A stretch of DNA of 64,000 bases from an uncultured candidate division Zixibacteria bacterium (GTDB taxonomy: Bacteria > Zixibacteria > MSB-5A5 > SM1-73), in assembly GCA_903908285.1 (NCBI GenBank), contig CAIVRH010000029.1, positions 102,037-166,036 on the forward strand. The letters run 5' to 3'. The stretch's first letter is position 1, and every line of letters begins with the position of its first letter. Below are positions 49,041 through 60,053 of the stretch, piece by piece. Position numbers and translations under genes: made by a program. Below the pieces are notes generated by a model. That model did not search any database. It saw nothing but the letters and a program-made list of their open reading frames with translations, and had not been told where the DNA came from.

Positions 49041-49514
49041 TTAGTTTTCTCCCTTTGATTTGTATTTCTCCAGAACCGCATCCACCTTTCGGGTGGCCAT
49101 CTGCCCGTGATATTCTCCATCCACCACCATGATCGGTCCCAGGGCACACGCCCCTAGGCAGTTGACCGTTTCTAGAGTGAACATTTTATCCTCGGTCGTC
49201 TCTCCTCTTTTAACGTTCAATCTCTTTTTAACCTCTCCCAATATGTTTTTTGCTCCCCTCACATGGCAAGCAGTTCCCAAACAGATTGTAACTAAATATT
49301 TACCCCTGGGTTTGAGACTGAAAGATTTGTAAAAGGTGGCCATGCTATAGACGTTGATCAAGGGTATCTTCAATTTTTCTGCAACACTCTTAAGAGCATC
49401 CGGAGGAAGATAATTGAATTCATCCTGTATGTCTTGCAAAATGGCAATCAAAGCTCCACCTGCTCCCTGATATTTATCAACGATGGTTGATACTTTCTTC
49501 AAATCCACATCCAT
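49041..49514 (-). CDS. NuoE/HydC-like 2Fe-2S subunit
   Basis: LI.ILQ.IQ...NYLP, ATFY, CLGTACHVRG, CLGACALGP. Confidence 0.92.
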   Translation of the reverse strand: MDVDLKKVSTIVDKYQGAGGALIAILQDIQDEFNYLPPDALKSVAEKLKIPLINVYSMATFYKSFSLKPRGKYLVTICLGTACHVRGAKNILGEVKKRLNVKRGETTEDKMFTLETVNCLGACALGPIMVVDGEYHGQMATRKVDAVLEKYKSKGEN

Positions 49515-49587
49515 TGTTTGTCTCTCCTTTCCGATAACTTGCAGATTCATATACGCAAGATCAAAAGACCTTGTGAAAATATTCTCA

Positions 49588-49615
49588 AATATAACATTTC
49601 CCCTCATTTTGTCAA
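49588..49615 (-). promoter_or_regulatory. sigma70-type promoter for the NuoE-to-glutamate-synthase operon
   Basis: TTGACA-16-TATATT with TG upstream of the -10. Confidence 0.55.
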
Positions 49616-49831
49616 AGTTTTTTTCAACTTTCCGTTATCGGAATTAAATGGTAATTGGAGATGGTTTGGCTTTATCTTTTCTGGTTTGAATCTGGCGAAG
49701 CCATTACCAATTATCCTCATCTGCCCATGAAACCATCCCGGTTTTGCCAAAAAAACAGCGCCCAACTTATTATATTCAAATAAGTTGAGCGCCGGTATTC
49801 TAATCGCTGTCAAACCTTGTTTGGAGAAAGG

Positions 49832-51100
49832 TTATGCGTAAACCCCTCTCAGCATGGATACATCCATCACTCTTTTGATGGCCAGCATAAAGGCAGCGAT
49901 GCGCATGTTTACTCTCTTGGTCATAGAGATTTCCAAAACATCCCTGAAGGAATTCTTCATTATCTCTTCCAATCTTTGGTTGACCTCTCTTTCGCTCCAG
50001 AACAACCCCATCCGATCCTGCACCCACTCAAAGTAGGAGACCGTTACACCGCCCGCATTGCATAAGATGTCCGGGATGATAAACACGCCGTTTTTGTCCA
50101 GTATCTTGTCGGCTTTCGGAATTATCGGTCCATTGGCTCCTTCCGCTACGATCTTTGCCCTGATTTTAGGTGCATTCTCCTCGGTGATCTGATTTTCCAG
50201 GGCAGCGGGAACTAATATATCGCACTCCAGCTCCAGAATATCCTCATTCGAGATCGGTTTGGTGCCGGGGAATTTGACGACACTTTTGGTCTTTTTTACA
50301 TGTTGCAGAAGCTTTTTGATATCGATTCCGTTTTTATTGATTATCCCGCCTTTGACATCGGAAACCGCAATGATCTTACAGCCGTCGTCATAAAGCAGGT
50401 CCGCCGCCACCGAGCCGACGTTTCCGAACCCCTGTACCGCCACCGTGGCTCCTTCCATGTTGATATCCATATGTTTTGCCGCCTCCCGAATCGTAAAGAG
50501 AACACCTCTGCCGGTAGCCTCTCTTCTTCCCAGTGATCCGCCTAAAGAAATCGGTTTTCCGGTAACCACCGAGGTGACGGTATGCCGGGAGTGCATGCTG
50601 TAGGTGTCCATGATCCAGGCCATGGTCTGTTCATTGGTATTCACATCCGGGGCGGGAACATCGAGTTCCGGTCCTAATATGTCGATCAAATCCGCGGTAT
50701 ATCTCCGGGTCAACCTTTCCAATTCTCCCTGGGACATCTTGAGGGGATCACAGGTGATACCTCCTTTTCCGCCTCCGAACGGGATTCCCACTACCGCGCA
50801 CTTCCAGGTCATCCAAGCGGCCAGAGCTTTAACCTCGTCCAAGGTCACATCCTGATGATAGCGGATCCCTCCCTTAGCCGGTCCCCGGGTTATGGAATGC
50901 TGGACTCTGTAACCGGTGAAAACCTGGAAGCTGCCATCATCCATGCGAACCGGCAGGTTTACTATAACCACCCGGCGGGGTTGTTTGATCACCTCAAGCC
51001 AAGCCGGGTTAACCTGCATCCGCTTGGCCGCCTCATCGAACTGGATCATGGCGTTTTGAAACGAACTGATTTCGATATCGGTACTTTTTAACCGAGCCAT
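49832..51100 (-). CDS. glutamate dehydrogenase (Glu/Leu/Phe/Val family)
   Basis: [51 protein letters not shown]. Confidence 0.95.
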   Translation of the reverse strand: MARLKSTDIEISSFQNAMIQFDEAAKRMQVNPAWLEVIKQPRRVVIVNLPVRMDDGSFQVFTGYRVQHSITRGPAKGGIRYHQDVTLDEVKALAAWMTWKCAVVGIPFGGGKGGITCDPLKMSQGELERLTRRYTADLIDILGPELDVPAPDVNTNEQTMAWIMDTYSMHSRHTVTSVVTGKPISLGGSLGRREATGRGVLFTIREAAKHMDINMEGATVAVQGFGNVGSVAADLLYDDGCKIIAVSDVKGGIINKNGIDIKKLLQHVKKTKSVVKFPGTKPISNEDILELECDILVPAALENQITEENAPKIRAKIVAEGANGPIIPKADKILDKNGVFIIPDILCNAGGVTVSYFEWVQDRMGLFWSEREVNQRLEEIMKNSFRDVLEISMTKRVNMRIAAFMLAIKRVMDVSMLRGVYA

Positions 51101-51387
51101 GTTTCATCCTTTCTTTTTATAAGGTTTTATAGTTTCCTGCTATTCTGATATCTAAAATAAGCCATATAGATTAGCTATATACGCTAAAGAAATATAGAAG
51201 ACTGATTTCATTTTAACTTTTTTAATATCCCTCAAAAAAGGATATTCAAAACACCCGGTAAGTATATGTCCAAATATAACTTGCAAAGCAGGGAGCCGGA
51301 AGGAAATTCTTGGCATGAAGGGATATTTCACCTAACCATACAAATGGATATTGGAATCAAGCAAAATTTAATCGATCCTCTTGGGTT

Positions 51388-51786
51388 TTATTTTTCCATA
51401 TCTTCCTTTCGAGGTAACAGCTCATTTAAATCGCCTCGCACAAACTGTAAATCTCTTTTGATGATCAAAAGGTCGTTTTTTATATCTTCACTGTAGTCTT
51501 CATCATCCGAAATGTTTTTTTGCATATCCACCAGTCGCGATTCAGTCCGGGATACTATGTTTTCCAGTCCCCGGATCACCTCATGGGATTTTGCCATCTC
51601 CTTTTTCAGCTCCAGCAGCTCTTCCTTAAAGCCCTGTCCCCCGGTATTCATCTGAGCCACCAGACTGTGAAGCCCGCCGATACGTTCATAGATCACCTTA
51701 AGCGCTTCCTCTATCATGATCCCTAATGCTTCGACGGCATCGCCCACCTCTTCAATGTCTTCCCTGTCTTCTCTTTCAACGGTCAT
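51388..51786 (-). CDS. hypothetical coiled-coil protein
   Basis: 132 aa, heptad-rich and acidic. Confidence 0.65.
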   Translation of the reverse strand: MTVEREDREDIEEVGDAVEALGIMIEEALKVIYERIGGLHSLVAQMNTGGQGFKEELLELKKEMAKSHEVIRGLENIVSRTESRLVDMQKNISDDEDYSEDIKNDLLIIKRDLQFVRGDLNELLPRKEDMEK

Positions 51787-51941
51787 ATAACTCTCTTATA
51801 ACCAAACCCAACCCCACTTTTCCCCCCTCTCCATTTCAGAGAGAGGCAAAGGGGAAGGGGTAATGACTGATCCTGCCGGTAATACTGGACCTCCGTCACC
51901 TTATGTGTATTACCATTATATCCTTGACACTGATTTCATCT

Positions 51942-52910
51942 TCAACTCCCCGGGTGAATCTTCCGGGGGATTTCGGTCCTCTTCTCCTGCATCGACCATT
52001 GCACAATCGATTTGATCTCCTTGAATCTGGTTCCGCTGGAGGGAGCACCCAAAACTACCGCGATGATCTCCTCTCCGTCCTCCCCCTGAACCAATGTGCC
52101 CAGGCAATATCCCGACGCTCCGTTATAACCGGTTTTCCCGCATTTTACGCTCCCGGTGCAACCCGGAGGCAGGGAGGTATATAAAAGTTTATTGGTGCTT
52201 TTGATCTGGTGCATTCTCTTTCGTTTACTCATTGAGCAGAATTGATAGGTAGTTTTCCCCATGATGGAGGCGATCAGGCTCTCTTTTTGGGCAAAGTACA
52301 AGAGCCGGGCACAATCTAAGGCGGTAGACCGGTTATTGGTATCCAAACCGGTCGGTTCAAAAAAGCGGGTATTCAAAAGCCCTATCTTTTTCGCTTTCTG
52401 GTTCATGTGAGCGATAAACTCATCCGCGGAGAGACCACACGAACGGGACAGGGTCCGGGTGGCGCGGTTGTTTGAACTCATCAAACTGGCGTGCAAAAGA
52501 TCATACAGGGTGAAGGATTCCTTGATTTTGAGCTGGGACCATCCGGCCCCTATCGCATCCTCCGTGCTGATGGTGGCGGTATCATATAAATCGGGATGGG
52601 TTTCCAAAAACACCAGGGCGGTCATCAACTTGGACAGGCTGGCGATGGGGAGTGTTCTCTCCATGTTTTTCTCAAACAATATCTCTTCCCTTTGGGCATC
52701 CAGCACCACCGCGGCTTCCGACTTGATGATCAAATTGCCGCTCTCCTTCGCCTTTTCACTTATCTGCACGGTTTGAAGAGGCAGCTTCTCCTTGTGAAGG
52801 AAGCCTAACCCTTCCATTCGGTTGGATGCCCAAAACCAGCTGTCACAGGCGATCTTCGAAACTGCCAGCACCACGAAGACTAAAACGATAAAGAATACTA
52901 TTTTTTTCAA
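51942..52910 (-). CDS. D-alanyl-D-alanine peptidase (S11, PbpG/DacA-like)
   Basis: IASLSKLMT (SxxK), SSNN, KTG motifs. Confidence 0.9.
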   Translation of the reverse strand: MKKIVFFIVLVFVVLAVSKIACDSWFWASNRMEGLGFLHKEKLPLQTVQISEKAKESGNLIIKSEAAVVLDAQREEILFEKNMERTLPIASLSKLMTALVFLETHPDLYDTATISTEDAIGAGWSQLKIKESFTLYDLLHASLMSSNNRATRTLSRSCGLSADEFIAHMNQKAKKIGLLNTRFFEPTGLDTNNRSTALDCARLLYFAQKESLIASIMGKTTYQFCSMSKRKRMHQIKSTNKLLYTSLPPGCTGSVKCGKTGYNGASGYCLGTLVQGEDGEEIIAVVLGAPSSGTRFKEIKSIVQWSMQEKRTEIPRKIHPGS

Positions 52911-52958
52911 AGGTATCGTCTCCTCACTCCGCCAACGAAGCTTTTTCCACCTTCCTGA

Positions 52959-53129
52959 TTATATACAAAATATCCCGTCTGAAGTTTTAGATTGATCCGG
53001 CTTATCTTGCCTTGCCTTTTTGTTTATTTGAAATCTGACCTTCCCGCACTTAGGACAGATCCATTTCCTTTGTTTATGAAAAGTTCTTTTTATCTCTTTC
53101 ATCTCTATTTTACATTTACGGCAGCGCAT
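52959..53129 (-). CDS. possible small zinc-finger protein
   Basis: MRCRKC...M...W.CPKCG pattern. Confidence 0.4.
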   Translation of the reverse strand: MRCRKCKIEMKEIKRTFHKQRKWICPKCGKVRFQINKKARQDKPDQSKTSDGIFCI

Positions 53130-53256
53130 AGTCAAGAAATAATTCAAAAACAACTCTGGCCGGGAGGGGATGATTCTTCCTCTGCCTAATTTCTTTTGAC
53201 CATCACCGGGACTGAGTACCGGGGTCGAACCAAGTAACGCCTAAGTCTAATATATA

Positions 53257-54303
53257 TTATCGGCTTCTTAAGAATTCCATCGCATTAATCAGATCTTCGC
53301 ATCCGAATCTGACCGGATCCACGGTGGGAAGCTCGGTTTCGTCTTCGATCCTCTCGATCTCCCTTCTGGCTTCGTCATCGCTTAAGTGAGAAGTGTTTAA
53401 AGATATTCCGATTACCTTGGAGGGTTTGACCGGTTTGGCGATTTCCTCGTGCAATTGGGCTAATTCGGAGAGTGACGGAATCTTCACCCGGTAGTTTTTT
53501 ATCCTTTCCCTTCCCGGGTAATGACACAAAACCATGGCATCGGGCAAGGAGCCATGGATCAAAGCCAGGGAGACTCCGGAATAACCCGGATGGATGATGG
53601 TCCCCTGTCCCTCCACGCAAAGTAAATCGTAATAGTTGGATTTCTCGATAAGGAATTCCTCGATGGCTCCGGACATGAAGTCGCCGATCACCGAATCGAT
53701 GGGCACTCCCTCTCCGGCGATCACTATCCCGGTTTGACCGGTAGCGATAAATAATGAATTCCATTCAAATTTCCGGGCTTGTCTTGCCAGCTCGAATGCC
53801 GTAACCATCTTTCCCGTTTTGCAGTCGGTGCCCACCGTCAGAATCACCTGGGATTTGATCAAGGATGGATCACCGGTGGAAACTTTATTGTATGGTTTTG
53901 ATTCGCGCAGGTCGTGTATTTTTACTCTCATCCGCAAAGCCAGAGCAGAGAGTTCGGGATCATCGTTCAACATGTCATGTAGTCCACTGATAATATCCAG
54001 TCCATTCTCCATGGCTTGTTTGATTACCTCTCTCCATTCCGAAGGAAGCTTCCCTCCTCTCGGAGCAATCCCGATCAAGAGCGCATTGGGTTGGATTTTC
54101 AGCGAATCCGCAATCTTTGCGACAATGGGGATCTCCCCTCCAAATCCCAATATCTGCTGAACGGTCTTACCTGCCTTGGTGGAATCCAGAATTGCCACTA
54201 CCTCTTCGGGTTTATACATGATCAAACCGGTGGCAGTTTTTGCTTCCAAACCACCGAAGTAACCTTCGGTCAAGATCACTATGCGTCGTTTTTTCTCGTG
54301 CAT
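53257..54303 (-). CDS. DUF1611 family protein (DgcN-like)
   Basis: AKTA.G, G.AP.GG, SGLH, GTDC..GKM, TGQTG, VEGQG...HP.YS, HGS.PD. Confidence 0.88.
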   Translation of the reverse strand: MHEKKRRIVILTEGYFGGLEAKTATGLIMYKPEEVVAILDSTKAGKTVQQILGFGGEIPIVAKIADSLKIQPNALLIGIAPRGGKLPSEWREVIKQAMENGLDIISGLHDMLNDDPELSALALRMRVKIHDLRESKPYNKVSTGDPSLIKSQVILTVGTDCKTGKMVTAFELARQARKFEWNSLFIATGQTGIVIAGEGVPIDSVIGDFMSGAIEEFLIEKSNYYDLLCVEGQGTIIHPGYSGVSLALIHGSLPDAMVLCHYPGRERIKNYRVKIPSLSELAQLHEEIAKPVKPSKVIGISLNTSHLSDDEARREIERIEDETELPTVDPVRFGCEDLINAMEFLRSR

Positions 54304-54428
54304 GGTTTTGATATATTTTGTTTTCCACCCTCTCTCTGACTCTCCTCCACGGACGTGCCCGTATGGGCGTCAAGGGAGAGAGAATCTACCTACCTCCTCC
54401 CTTTACGGGAGTGGGGGAGGGTGATGAA

Positions 54429-54542
54429 AAGTTCAAAATTCAAAGATTCAATTCAAAAATCAAAATTTGCAACCAGATTCTTTTCTTTCTAATCTTGAAT
54501 TTTGCATTGTAATTTTTCGTTTTGCTCTTTGAATTTTGAATT
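54429..54542. repeat. inverted heptamer-repeat array (TTCAAAA / TTTTGAA type)
   Basis: Left arm AAGTTCAAAATTCAAAGATTCAATTCAAAA; right arm TTGAATTTTGCA...TTTGAATTTTGAA. Similar arrays near 7500, 29920-30085, 58237-58325, 61870-61960 and 62787-62960. Confidence 0.7.
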
Positions 54543-54584
54543 ATACTAGATCTCGTTCTTTCTCTTCTCGATCAACCAAATCGT

Positions 54585-56261
54585 CTATTTCAAGAGAACC
54601 ATCTTTTTTGAAGATGTATACTCTCCTGTTTTCAACTGATAAAAATAAACTCCGCTAGACAATTGCACGCCTCTATCATTCATCCCATCCCATTTGACGG
54701 TGTAATCTCCCGCCCATTTGGATTCATCCACCAGAGTTCTCACCTTTTGACCAAGAAGATTATAGATTTTCAAGGTGGTGGGGATGGGAACTTTGATCTT
54801 TAAACCTTGAACTTTGAACTTTATTGTGGTATTGGGATTAAACGGATTCGGATAATTCTGGGAAAGAACAAATTCCGAAGGCTTACTTGAGCTTTCGGTT
54901 TCATCCTCCACCGCGCTTGGGTTTTGAATATACTTGAGGGTGACGCAATCCATTCCGGTACTGTTACCCAAGCTGCTTCCGGTCACATAGACATGGCCCG
55001 AATCGTCCACCGCTACAGCGCAGGCAGAGTCGGTGGCGATGGCCGGTCCGTCGTATCTGGCTACCCAGGCGGTATCTCCATTGGAAGTATACTTAATGGT
55101 GGCATAATCCTTGGAATTTCCACTGCCATAGCTATATCCAGTCACATACACGTTTCTGGAACTATCCACAGCTATGGCGAGTGCTTCATCTTCGCTGTTT
55201 CCCGGTCCATTGTATCTTCTCACCCAGGCAGTATCCCCGCTGGGAAGATATTTGATGGTGGCAAAGTCGTAGTTAGTCCCATAACCATAACTAAATCCGG
55301 TCACGTAGACATTGCCAGAACCGTCCACGGTAATAGCAGTAGCGTCATCGACTTGGTTATCCGGTCCATTGTATCTTCTCACCCAGGCAGTGTCCCCGTT
55401 GGGAAGATACTTGATGGTGGCGAAGTCGTTGCTGGTCCCGTTGCCATAGCTAAATCCGGTCACATAGACATTGCCCGAACCATCTACAACTATGGCGTTA
55501 GCTTCGTCCCACAGGTTTCCCGTTCCGTTGTATCTTCTTACCCAAGCTGTATCTCCATCCGACTCATACATTATGGTGGCATAGTCTACATCTGTTATAC
55601 TACCTTTGCTATATCCGGTCACATAAGAGTTACCGGAATTATCCACGACTATGGCGTAAGCCTTATCGGTTCCGTTTCCCGGCCCATTGTATCTTCTCAC
55701 CCACGCGGTATCTCCGTTAGGTTGATATTTAACGGTGGCATAATCCTCAACGGTTCCGCTGCCATTGCTGTATCCGGTCACATAGACATTGTCCGAATCG
55801 TCCACCGCTATGGCCTCTGCCAAATCGGTGGAAACAAGGCCGTATCTTCTCACCCAGGCGGTATCTCCGTTGAGATAGTACTTTATGGTGACATAGTCAT
55901 AGAGAGTCCCACTGTCGTAACTGCGCCCCGTTACATACACACGACCGGAATTATCGACAACCATAGCAGTAACCCGGTCCCAGTAGTTGTCTGGCCCGTT
56001 GTATGTCCGCACCCAGGCAGTGTCTCCGTTCGATTTATACTTTATGGTAAGGTAATCTTCGAACGTTCCACTGCCGGTAGTATAACCGGCGACGTAAACA
56101 TGTCCCGCATGACCTATGGCGATGGCAGAACCCGCATCCGAAGAGTCCATTACACCGTTGAACCTTCTTACCCAGGCGGTGTCTACGGACTGGGCGAACA
56201 CCGGCGCGACCCACGATACAAACAGTACCATCCAAAAAACCATCCTTAAAGGTTTGGGCAT
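54585..56261 (-). CDS. SBBP-repeat beta-propeller with FlgD-Ig/T9SS-like C-terminal domain
   Basis: Repeats of D.SGNVYVTG.S...DYATIKY...GDTAWVRRY; tail QNYPNPFNP...SGVYFYQL...KKMVLLK. Confidence 0.9.
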   Translation of the reverse strand: MPKPLRMVFWMVLFVSWVAPVFAQSVDTAWVRRFNGVMDSSDAGSAIAIGHAGHVYVAGYTTGSGTFEDYLTIKYKSNGDTAWVRTYNGPDNYWDRVTAMVVDNSGRVYVTGRSYDSGTLYDYVTIKYYLNGDTAWVRRYGLVSTDLAEAIAVDDSDNVYVTGYSNGSGTVEDYATVKYQPNGDTAWVRRYNGPGNGTDKAYAIVVDNSGNSYVTGYSKGSITDVDYATIMYESDGDTAWVRRYNGTGNLWDEANAIVVDGSGNVYVTGFSYGNGTSNDFATIKYLPNGDTAWVRRYNGPDNQVDDATAITVDGSGNVYVTGFSYGYGTNYDFATIKYLPSGDTAWVRRYNGPGNSEDEALAIAVDSSRNVYVTGYSYGSGNSKDYATIKYTSNGDTAWVARYDGPAIATDSACAVAVDDSGHVYVTGSSLGNSTGMDCVTLKYIQNPSAVEDETESSSKPSEFVLSQNYPNPFNPNTTIKFKVQGLKIKVPIPTTLKIYNLLGQKVRTLVDESKWAGDYTVKWDGMNDRGVQLSSGVYFYQLKTGEYTSSKKMVLLK

Positions 56262-56366
56262 GATACTAACTCCTTTTTTAACCTACTCTATTCAATTCTG
56301 TAGCGGTTCGATTCATCGAACCCGCCAGGTCGCATAAATGCCCAGACGGGCACGTCCGTGCGACCG

Positions 56367-58050
56367 CTACTTTAATAAAACCATCTTCTTCGCTGATACA
56401 TTCTCTCCAACTTTTAACTGATAAAAATAAACTCCGCTCGATAATGGCTCGCCTTTATCATTCTTTCCATCCCATTGGACAGCGTAGTTCCCAGCCAATT
56501 TGGGTTCATCCACCAACACCCTCACCACCTCCCCAAGAATGTTGTAGATTTTTAGGGTGGTGGGGACGGGAACTTTGAACTTTGAACTTTATTGTGGTGG
56601 CAGGATTAAATGGATTAGGATAATTCTGGGAGAGAGCAAATTCCGAAGGCTTTCTTGAGCTTTCGGTTTCGTCTTCTACAGCGCTGGGGCTTTGAAAATA
56701 CTTTATAGTGGCACAATCCTCGCTTGTCCCGTTACCTATACTGCTTCCGGTTACATAGACATTGCCCGAATCGTCCACCGCTACGGCACAGGCAGAATCG
56801 ATGGAGTTGACCGGTCCGTCATATCTGGCCACCCAGGAGGAATCTCCATTGGAATCATACTTTATGGTGGCATAATCCTTGGAAGTCCCACTGCCATAGC
56901 TATACCCGGTCACATAGACATTGCCGGAACCATCCAACGCTAATGCCCTAGCTTCATCATGGTTGTTTCCCGGTCCGATGTATCTTCTCAGCCAGAGAGT
57001 ATCTCCATTGGAAGCATACTTGATGGTGACATAATATGAGGCCACCCCTGACTCGTTGCTCAACCCGGTCACATAAACGTTGCCGGAACCGTCAACGGCT
57101 ATAGCATTAGCGTTATCGACTTGGTTATATGTTCCATTGTATCTTCTCACCCAGGCAGTATCCCCGTTGGGATGATACTTGATGGTGGCATAGTCGTTGT
57201 TTGTCGTCATGCCGACACTATACCCGGTCACATAAGCGAAACCCGAATCATCTACGGCTATGGCAGTAGCCACGTCCCCCATGAAGCCAGCTGGTCCGTT
57301 GTATCTTCTTACCCAGGCAGTATCTCCGTTAGGTTTATACTTTATGGTGGCATAGTCAAAGCCTGTTCCACTGCCAGTACTCCTTCCGGTCACATATACA
57401 TTTCCGGAGCCATCCACCGCTAGGGCGCGAGCCCAATCTTCACCGTTTCCCGGTCCATTGTATCTTCTCACCCAAGCGGTATCACCATTGGGATGATATT
57501 TTATGGTAGCATAGTCCATACCGGTCCCGCTACCGGTGCTGTAGCCGGTCACACAGACGTTGCCGGAATTGTCTACCACTATGGCACCTGCGTTATCATA
57601 GGAGCTTGGGTTGTATCTTCTCACCCAGGCAGTATCACCGTTGGGATAGTACTTTATAGTGACATAATCGGAGAGCGTCCCAGTACTTTGACTGTACCCA
57701 GTTACATACACCCGACCGGAATCATCGATAGCTATAGCGTTAGCCCGATCCCAGAGGTTGGCAGTCCCGTTGTAGGTTCGTACCCAGGCAGTGTCTCCGT
57801 TAGAGTCATACTTTATGGTGAGGTAGTCATCCTGAATTTCTACGCTGTCAATACAATAACCGGCGATGTAGACATGTCCAGAGTGATCTACGACGATGGC
57901 AGAACCACCATCCGAGGAGTTTGCCTTACCGTTGTATCTTTTCACCCAGGCAGTATCAACGGATGCACCGTGAACGGATTGGGCAAACTCCGGACCAACT
58001 AAAAACAGTAACAGCACTGCTGCTAAAATCATATTTAAAGCTTTTAACAT
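56367..58050 (-). pseudogene. SBBP-repeat protein frameshifted in its C-terminal domain
   Basis: The ORF stops at 56506, but the homologous tail (..SGVYFYQLKVGENVSAKKMVLLK*) continues in another frame to 56367; the shift is at the heptamer tract 56570-56590. Confidence 0.85.
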
Positions 58051-58367
58051 GATTTCCCTCCATGTTTTTTGATTATTTATCGCTATCCATCTTCATCCTT
58101 CTCCCGCTTGCAGTGAATCTGTCGAATCTTCCAAGGGGAAAGACGATGACAATGTATGATACAAAATGAAAAATGCAAGCAGACGCTTGCCCCCAGACGG
58201 GAGCGTCCGCTCGTCCGGGCAAAGATGCAGTTTTAGAATCAAAATTACTTTGAATTGTCTTTACTGAATCTTCAATTTTGAATTTTATACTGTGATTTTT
58301 CATTTTGCTCTTTGAATTTTGAATTGTATTTGACCTCCTTCTTTTTCAACTCCATTAAATTAAACGA

Positions 58368-60053
58368 CTATTTTAAGAGGACCATTTTCTTCGCCAAAGT
58401 ATTTTCTCCCACTTTCAATAGATAAAAATATACTCCGCTGGCTAATTGCTCGCCCTGATCATTCTTCCCATTCCACTGAACTGTATAGTCTCCAGCCCAT
58501 TTGGGTTCATCTACCAGAGTCCTTACCTTTTGACCAAGAAGGTTATAGATTCTTAAGGTGGTGTGGAGGGGAACTTTGAACCTTGAACCTTGAACCTTGA
58601 ACTTTATTGTAGTGGTCGGGTTGAACGGATTGGGGTAATTCTGGGAGAGAGAAAACTCCGATGGTTTTTCCGAACTTTCGACTTCATCTCCCACCCCGCT
58701 TGGATTCTTGACATACTTTATGGTGGTATAGTCCGTGTAGGTCAAACTATTATAGCTGGTTCCGGTTACGTAAACATTGCACGAATCATCGACAGCTAAT
58801 GCAGAAGCCGCGTCCGTATTGTTCGCCGGGCTGTTGTATCTTATCACCCAAGCAGTGTCCCCATTCGGATAATACTTTATGGTGGTATAGTCATCGCCTG
58901 TCTCACTGCCGCCGTAACTACGTCCGGTCACATAGATATTGTCAGAATCATCAACCGCTATGGCCCGAGCCCCGTCTTCGCCGTTTCCCGGTCCCTCGTA
59001 TATCCTCACCCATAGAGAATCCCCCTCGGAATTATACTTTATCGTGGCATAGCCGGTGTTGTCATCACCGGTGTAACTGCTTCCGGTTACGTAGACATTA
59101 TCCAAATGATCTAAAACCATAGCGTAGGCGTTATCAGTGGAGTTATACATTCCATTATATCTTCTCACCCAGGCAGTGTCTCCATTCGAATAATATTTGA
59201 TGATGGTATAATCGTTATCTGTTACGGCATCATAACTATATCCACACACATATACATTATTAGAGCCATCCAGGGCTATCGCACTGGGATAATCATCGAG
59301 ATTCCCCGGTCCGTTGTATCTTCTTACCCAGACCGTATCACCCTGTGGTGTATATCTGATGGTGGTAAAATCATAGCCTGTCCCGATCCCCTGGCTATAT
59401 CCGGTTACGTACACGTAGCCGGAATCGTCCACGGTCAGGGCAAAAGCCATATCATAAGAGTTGGCCGGTCCATTATATCTTCTCACCCAGACCGTGTCTC
59501 CGTTGGGATTATACTTGATGGTGGCATAGTCCCAATTTGTATCGCTGACTTTACTATTTCCGGTCACATAGACATAGTTGGAATCATCTACCGCTACGGC
59601 AATAGCATCATCATCCAAGTTCCCCGGTCCGTTGTATCTTTGAACCCAAGCAACATCTCCATTGGGAAGATACCTGATAGTAGCATAATCATAAGAAGTT
59701 CCAAGCCCGTAACTCGCTCCGGTCACGTAGACATTGCCGGAACCATCTACCGCTAGACCATTGGCCGCATCATCGAGGTTCCCCAGTCCATTATATCTTC
59801 TCACCCAGGCAGTATCCCCGTTGGAGTAATACTTGATGGTGGCATAGTCATAATCTGTGCCGCTGCCTTTGCTATATCCGGTCACATAAACATTACCTGA
59901 GCCATCTACGGCGGTGGCTGAAACATATTCTTCGTTATTTCCCGGTCCGTTGTATGTCCGCACCCAAGCGGTATCAACCGACTCGGCAAAGGTTGGACCG
60001 ACTAACAACAACAATAAAACCAGTCCCAAAACAACCTTTAGTGGTTTTAACAT
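58368..60053 (-). CDS. SBBP-repeat beta-propeller with FlgD-Ig/T9SS-like C-terminal domain
   Basis: Same repeat and tail architecture as 54585-56261. Confidence 0.9.
   Translation of the reverse strand: MLKPLKVVLGLVLLLLLVGPTFAESVDTAWVRTYNGPGNNEEYVSATAVDGSGNVYVTGYSKGSGTDYDYATIKYYSNGDTAWVRRYNGLGNLDDAANGLAVDGSGNVYVTGASYGLGTSYDYATIRYLPNGDVAWVQRYNGPGNLDDDAIAVAVDDSNYVYVTGNSKVSDTNWDYATIKYNPNGDTVWVRRYNGPANSYDMAFALTVDDSGYVYVTGYSQGIGTGYDFTTIRYTPQGDTVWVRRYNGPGNLDDYPSAIALDGSNNVYVCGYSYDAVTDNDYTIIKYYSNGDTAWVRRYNGMYNSTDNAYAMVLDHLDNVYVTGSSYTGDDNTGYATIKYNSEGDSLWVRIYEGPGNGEDGARAIAVDDSDNIYVTGRSYGGSETGDDYTTIKYYPNGDTAWVIRYNSPANNTDAASALAVDDSCNVYVTGTSYNSLTYTDYTTIKYVKNPSGVGDEVESSEKPSEFSLSQNYPNPFNPTTTIKFKVQGSRFKVPLHTTLRIYNLLGQKVRTLVDEPKWAGDYTVQWNGKNDQGEQLASGVYFYLLKVGENTLAKKMVLLK

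Noticed and set aside
51270..51314. Sigma54 promoter or SRP-like motif upstream of gdh
   Set aside because: GG-to-GC spacing is 11 nt rather than 10, and the SRP loop context does not match.
53155..53245. Possible structured ncRNA between DUF1611 and the small zinc-finger ORF
   Set aside because: Some pairing potential, but no recognisable 6S, SRP or riboswitch motif; an Rfam scan is needed.
54924..56249. 441-aa plus-strand ORF and similar antisense ORFs over the SBBP genes
   Set aside because: Shadow frames of repetitive minus-strand genes with no independent motifs.
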